DNA of 10,397 bases. It comes from Elusimicrobiota bacterium. GTDB taxonomy: Bacteria > Elusimicrobiota > Elusimicrobia > Elusimicrobiales > UBA9959. The position numbers were made by a program, and so were the translations under genes. The notes under the pieces were generated by a model that was not told the DNA's origin, made no database searches, and saw nothing but the letters and a program-made list of their open reading frames with translations. Positions within the stretch are counted from its first letter, which is position 1, and each line of letters begins with the position of its first letter. Location of the stretch: NCBI GenBank assembly GCA_037137395.1, contig JBAXKK010000082.1, positions 1 through 10,397 on the forward strand, read 5' to 3'. Below, in pieces: positions 7,616 to 10,397 of the stretch.

Positions 7616-8994
7616 AAATAATACTTGCCACACCGCTGATGAAGGAACGGCGCGCGGACCTGCAATATATTCCGCTGGGTCTGGCATATCTTACCAGCGC
7701 ATTAAAAAATGCGGGGCATGAGGTCTTGGTACTAGACGTGCGGGCAGAAAAACCCGAAGACCGGCTTATTATTGAGCGCATTCGCGCCTTCTCCCCCCGC
7801 ATTTTTGGCGTGACCTCTAACACCTGCCAGATACGCGAGGCAGCCGCACTGATAAATCTGGTCAAACAGCATTTTCCGCATATAACTACGGTGCTGGGCG
7901 GGCCGCACGTCTCGGCTCTGCCGGAGCGCACGCTGACCGAACAACCCGCCATAGATGTCGGGGTTGTGGGCGAGGGTGAGACGACCATAACCGAACTTTG
8001 CGATGCCCTGGGTTCGGGCAAGCCTTTGAACAAAATACCGGGACTGGTTTTCCGTGAACAGGGAAATATTATTGTTACCCAGCCGCGTTGTATGGCGGAA
8101 GATATTGATACTCTGGCGTTCCCAGACCGTGACGCCTTCCCCATAGAGATATACAACCGGCACGTCATAGAATACAAGGGCAAGCCTATAACCTCTATTA
8201 TCACCACGCGCGGTTGTCCGTACCAGTGCGTCTTCTGCTCTAAATCTGTCTTCGGTTCGAAGGAAAGACTGCGCAGCTCCGCCAATGTGATAGCGGAAAT
8301 GCGCGTGCTTATAGAAGAACAAGGTTATCGGGAGCTGCATATCATAGACGATAACTTTACTTACGATTTGAAGCGGGCACGTGATATTTGCAATGAAATA
8401 ATAGCGAGGGGCTGGAAAGTGCATTTTTCGTTGCCCAACGGTATACGTGTGAATAATTTCGACGATGAACTGGCCGCCTTGCTTCGGAAGGCCGGTTTTT
8501 ACTCGCTCTGGTTCGGTGTTGAAAGCGGCGATCCCGAGGTGCTTAAGCTCATTAAAAAAGGTATAACCCTGGATCAGGTCAGAAAAGCGGTCTCCATCGC
8601 TAAAAAACACGGATTTTTTACCGGCATGTACTTTGTTATAGGTCTGCCAGGCTCAAGCCCGCAAAGCGAAAAAATGTCGCTGGACCTGGCTCAGGAGCTG
8701 GAGCCCGACGTGATAGGGGTCGGAATTTTTACCCCCTATCCCGGGTCGGAGCTTTATGACAGCGTATCCGGTTCCGATTGGGGACATTACCGGCATGATT
8801 TCGCCGAGCACCGGTTTACAGGCGCTCAATTCGACGAGAAATACATCCTGGAGCAGTTCGATCTGTTGTCGCAAAAATTCTATTTCAGGCCGTCATATTA
8901 CACCAATCTGATCCGGCGGCACGGCATGTTGGGTGTACGTCGCACCTGGATAAATTTTAAAAACTTCCTGTTCCGGCGACTGAAATTAGGCTGA
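7612..8994 (+). CDS. B12-binding domain radical SAM protein, paralogue 2
   Basis: 460 aa with an ATGA overlap at 7612-7615. Motifs: PLGLAYL, VLGGPHVS, VGEGE, TRGCPYQCVFC (nt 8215-8238), IDDNF, FGVESG, FVIGLPG, TPYPGS. Confidence 0.92.
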   Translation: MKIILATPLMKERRADLQYIPLGLAYLTSALKNAGHEVLVLDVRAEKPEDRLIIERIRAFSPRIFGVTSNTCQIREAAALINLVKQHFPHITTVLGGPHVSALPERTLTEQPAIDVGVVGEGETTITELCDALGSGKPLNKIPGLVFREQGNIIVTQPRCMAEDIDTLAFPDRDAFPIEIYNRHVIEYKGKPITSIITTRGCPYQCVFCSKSVFGSKERLRSSANVIAEMRVLIEEQGYRELHIIDDNFTYDLKRARDICNEIIARGWKVHFSLPNGIRVNNFDDELAALLRKAGFYSLWFGVESGDPEVLKLIKKGITLDQVRKAVSIAKKHGFFTGMYFVIGLPGSSPQSEKMSLDLAQELEPDVIGVGIFTPYPGSELYDSVSGSDWGHYRHDFAEHRFTGAQFDEKYILEQFDLLSQKFYFRPSYYTNLIRRHGMLGVRRTWINFKNFLFRRLKLG

Positions 8995-8995
8995 A

Positions 8996-9092
8996 GACAA
9001 GGGGTGAAAGACGAGTGGTGATGGATGAGGAAAAAATACAGGGAAACAAAAGAATTCCTTTCCCCCTTTATCCCTTAGCCGTCATCCTCCCC
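8996..9092. repeat. Inverted degenerate heptamer-repeat element forming a long imperfect hairpin
   Basis: Left arm: GACAAGG GGTGAAA GACGAGT GGTGATG GATGAGG (8996-9030). Right arm: CTTTATC CCTTAGC CGTCATC (9066-9086), whose reverse complements are GATAAAG, GCTAAGG, GATGACG. Nested stems can be drawn: 9001-9013/9080-9092, 9023-9030/9066-9073 and 9041-9046/9059-9064. Confidence 0.65.
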
Positions 9093-9099
9093 GTTTAAT

Positions 9100-10353
9100 A
9101 TGGCTAAAGTGGTATTTGTCCAAGACTCTCTTTTTGAATATCAGGGCATAGAGGCTCTGTCCGCTTTTCTGAAATCAAAAGGGCATTCTGTTTCGCTGAT
9201 GGTGCTCAGCGAAGCCGGCGCTAAAAACATCTCCAGTGAGATAACAAAGTCCGCGCCTGATGTGCTCGCCTTTTCCGTAACCTCCTACAACTATGAGTGG
9301 GCGTTGGAACTTTCCATAAGCGTTAAAGAAAAATTAAAGGTATTGTCGGTTTTCGGCGGCGCTCATCCCACCTGTTTTCCTGAGTTCATTCGCGCGGAAG
9401 GCGTAGACGTCATTTGCCGCGGCGAGGGCGAAGAAGCCTTTGCTGAGCTCTGCGGGGCAATGGATAAACAAGAAGATATAGGCGGCATCCTTAACCTCTG
9501 GGTTAAGGATGCATCAGGCGCCGTGCGCCGCAACGGGCTCCGGCCATTGATAGAAGACCTGGATTCAATGCCATTCTACGATCGGGAGATTTACTTTGCA
9601 CAGTATCCGTTGCTGAGGGATCTTTCAAATAAGCGCTTTCTGGTTCAGCGCGGCTGTCCGTATTCCTGTTCCTTCTGTTTTAATCACTCCTTCAGAGAAA
9701 TGTACGACGGCCTGGGCAAGTTTGTGCGGTTCCGTTCCCCTGCCAACATTGTGGCGGAGATAGAGCGGGTTCGCTCTTTGTATCCTCTGAAAACCGTTTC
9801 GTTCAACGCCGATTCGTTCACCCTCCATCCGGATTTTTTTACACTAATGACGCTTTATAAGGCAAGGGTTGGGCTGCCTTTTTTCAGCAACGCCAGGTTT
9901 AACGAACTTGACGAGAAAAAAATTATCGCGATGAAGGATGCGGGCTGCAACTATCTGGCCATAGGGGTGGAAAGCGGTAACGAACGCCTGCGCAACGAGA
10001 TACTTCACCGGAACATGTCCGATGAAATTATCATTGAAAACGCCGGCCTTCTGAAAAAACACGGGATTCCGTTCAATTCTTATGTGATGCTGGGCCTGCC
10101 GACCGAAACTATGGCCGAGGCTTTTCAGACCCTTCAATTCCTTTCCAAGATCGGGAGCGACACTATAATGCCATCCATCTATAAGCCCCTTATCGGGACG
10201 GGACTGTGGAGTTATATGAAGGATCACGATCTTTTCGAGGGCGCTGCGACTGCTGTAGATTCCTACGCGGCAGCTGACGGCGTAAAACTGCCCGATAAAC
10301 GGGCGATCTTCAACCTTTACAAACTTTCGCATGTGGCTGTCCGCTTACGATAA
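9100..10353 (+). CDS. B12-binding domain radical SAM protein, paralogue 3, probably 3'-truncated
   Basis: 417 aa. Motifs: GIEALSA, VFGGAHPT, RGEGE, QRGCPYSCSFC (nt 9655-9678), IGVESG, MLGLP. Its last codons and stop lie inside sequence that reads as IS3 transposase in another frame, so the native C-terminus may be lost. Confidence 0.85.
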   Translation: MAKVVFVQDSLFEYQGIEALSAFLKSKGHSVSLMVLSEAGAKNISSEITKSAPDVLAFSVTSYNYEWALELSISVKEKLKVLSVFGGAHPTCFPEFIRAEGVDVICRGEGEEAFAELCGAMDKQEDIGGILNLWVKDASGAVRRNGLRPLIEDLDSMPFYDREIYFAQYPLLRDLSNKRFLVQRGCPYSCSFCFNHSFREMYDGLGKFVRFRSPANIVAEIERVRSLYPLKTVSFNADSFTLHPDFFTLMTLYKARVGLPFFSNARFNELDEKKIIAMKDAGCNYLAIGVESGNERLRNEILHRNMSDEIIIENAGLLKKHGIPFNSYVMLGLPTETMAEAFQTLQFLSKIGSDTIMPSIYKPLIGTGLWSYMKDHDLFEGAATAVDSYAAADGVKLPDKRAIFNLYKLSHVAVRLR

Positions 10354-10397
10354 TATTTTTATAGAACGGCTGTGGCGGTCAGTGAAGTACGAGGATA
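10343..10397 (+). mobile_element. Internal fragment of an IS3-family transposase (integrase core/DDE region), running off the window end
   Basis: GCT TAC GAT AAT ATT TTT ATA GAA CGG CTG TGG CGG TCA GTG AAG TAC GAG GAT translates to AYDNIFIERLWRSVKYED. This matches the DN..ER(L/F)WRS(V/L)KYE signature around the catalytic Glu of IS3-family OrfB. Only 18 codons are visible. Confidence 0.8.

Noticed and set aside
7458..8610. Long antisense ORFs (275 aa at 7458-8285 and 292 aa at 7732-8610)
   Set aside because: They lie opposite a motif-complete radical SAM gene and have no recognisable motifs, so they are best explained as shadow ORFs.
8995..9099. Intergenic region as a CRISPR array, cobalamin riboswitch or rho-independent terminator
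   Set aside because: It has no repeat-spacer structure, no recognisable B12-box/cobalamin riboswitch core beyond a chance GGGAA, and no compact GC stem followed by a poly-U tract.
372..10332. Other short alternative-frame and minus-strand ORFs in the track
   Set aside because: All overlap well-supported genes and none shows a recognisable domain or precursor-peptide character.
4947..10353. Assigning bchE, hpnJ or hpnP, or a RiPP maturase role, to the radical SAM genes
   Set aside because: There is no bacteriochlorophyll or hopanoid context, no SPASM cysteine motif and no precursor peptide. Only the shared domain architecture is supported.

Overview
A bacterial glycan-modification operon, all on the + strand. 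In order: the 3' end of a conserved hypothetical gene with a KOW-like tail; a 770-aa polytopic GT-C (ArnT/PMT-like) membrane glycosyltransferase; two tandem RfbE (CDP-paratose 2-epimerase)-like extended SDRs; a B12-binding radical SAM enzyme; a GT4 glycosyltransferase; and two more B12-binding radical SAM enzymes. Five of these genes (2807-8994) are chained by four overlapping stop/start junctions. Main points of interest: (1) three divergent cobalamin-dependent radical SAM paralogues sit among nucleotide-sugar and glycosyltransferase genes, suggesting an uncharacterised radical sugar-tailoring pathway; (2) the first SDR has Phe where the catalytic Tyr is expected (FxxxK) while its neighbour keeps YxxxK; (3) the 105-bp gap before the last gene holds an inverted degenerate heptamer-repeat hairpin; (4) the last radical SAM gene runs directly into an internal fragment of an IS3-family transposase (AYDNIFIERLWRSVKYED) not shown in the ORF track. 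All family calls rest on motif recognition; no database search was run.
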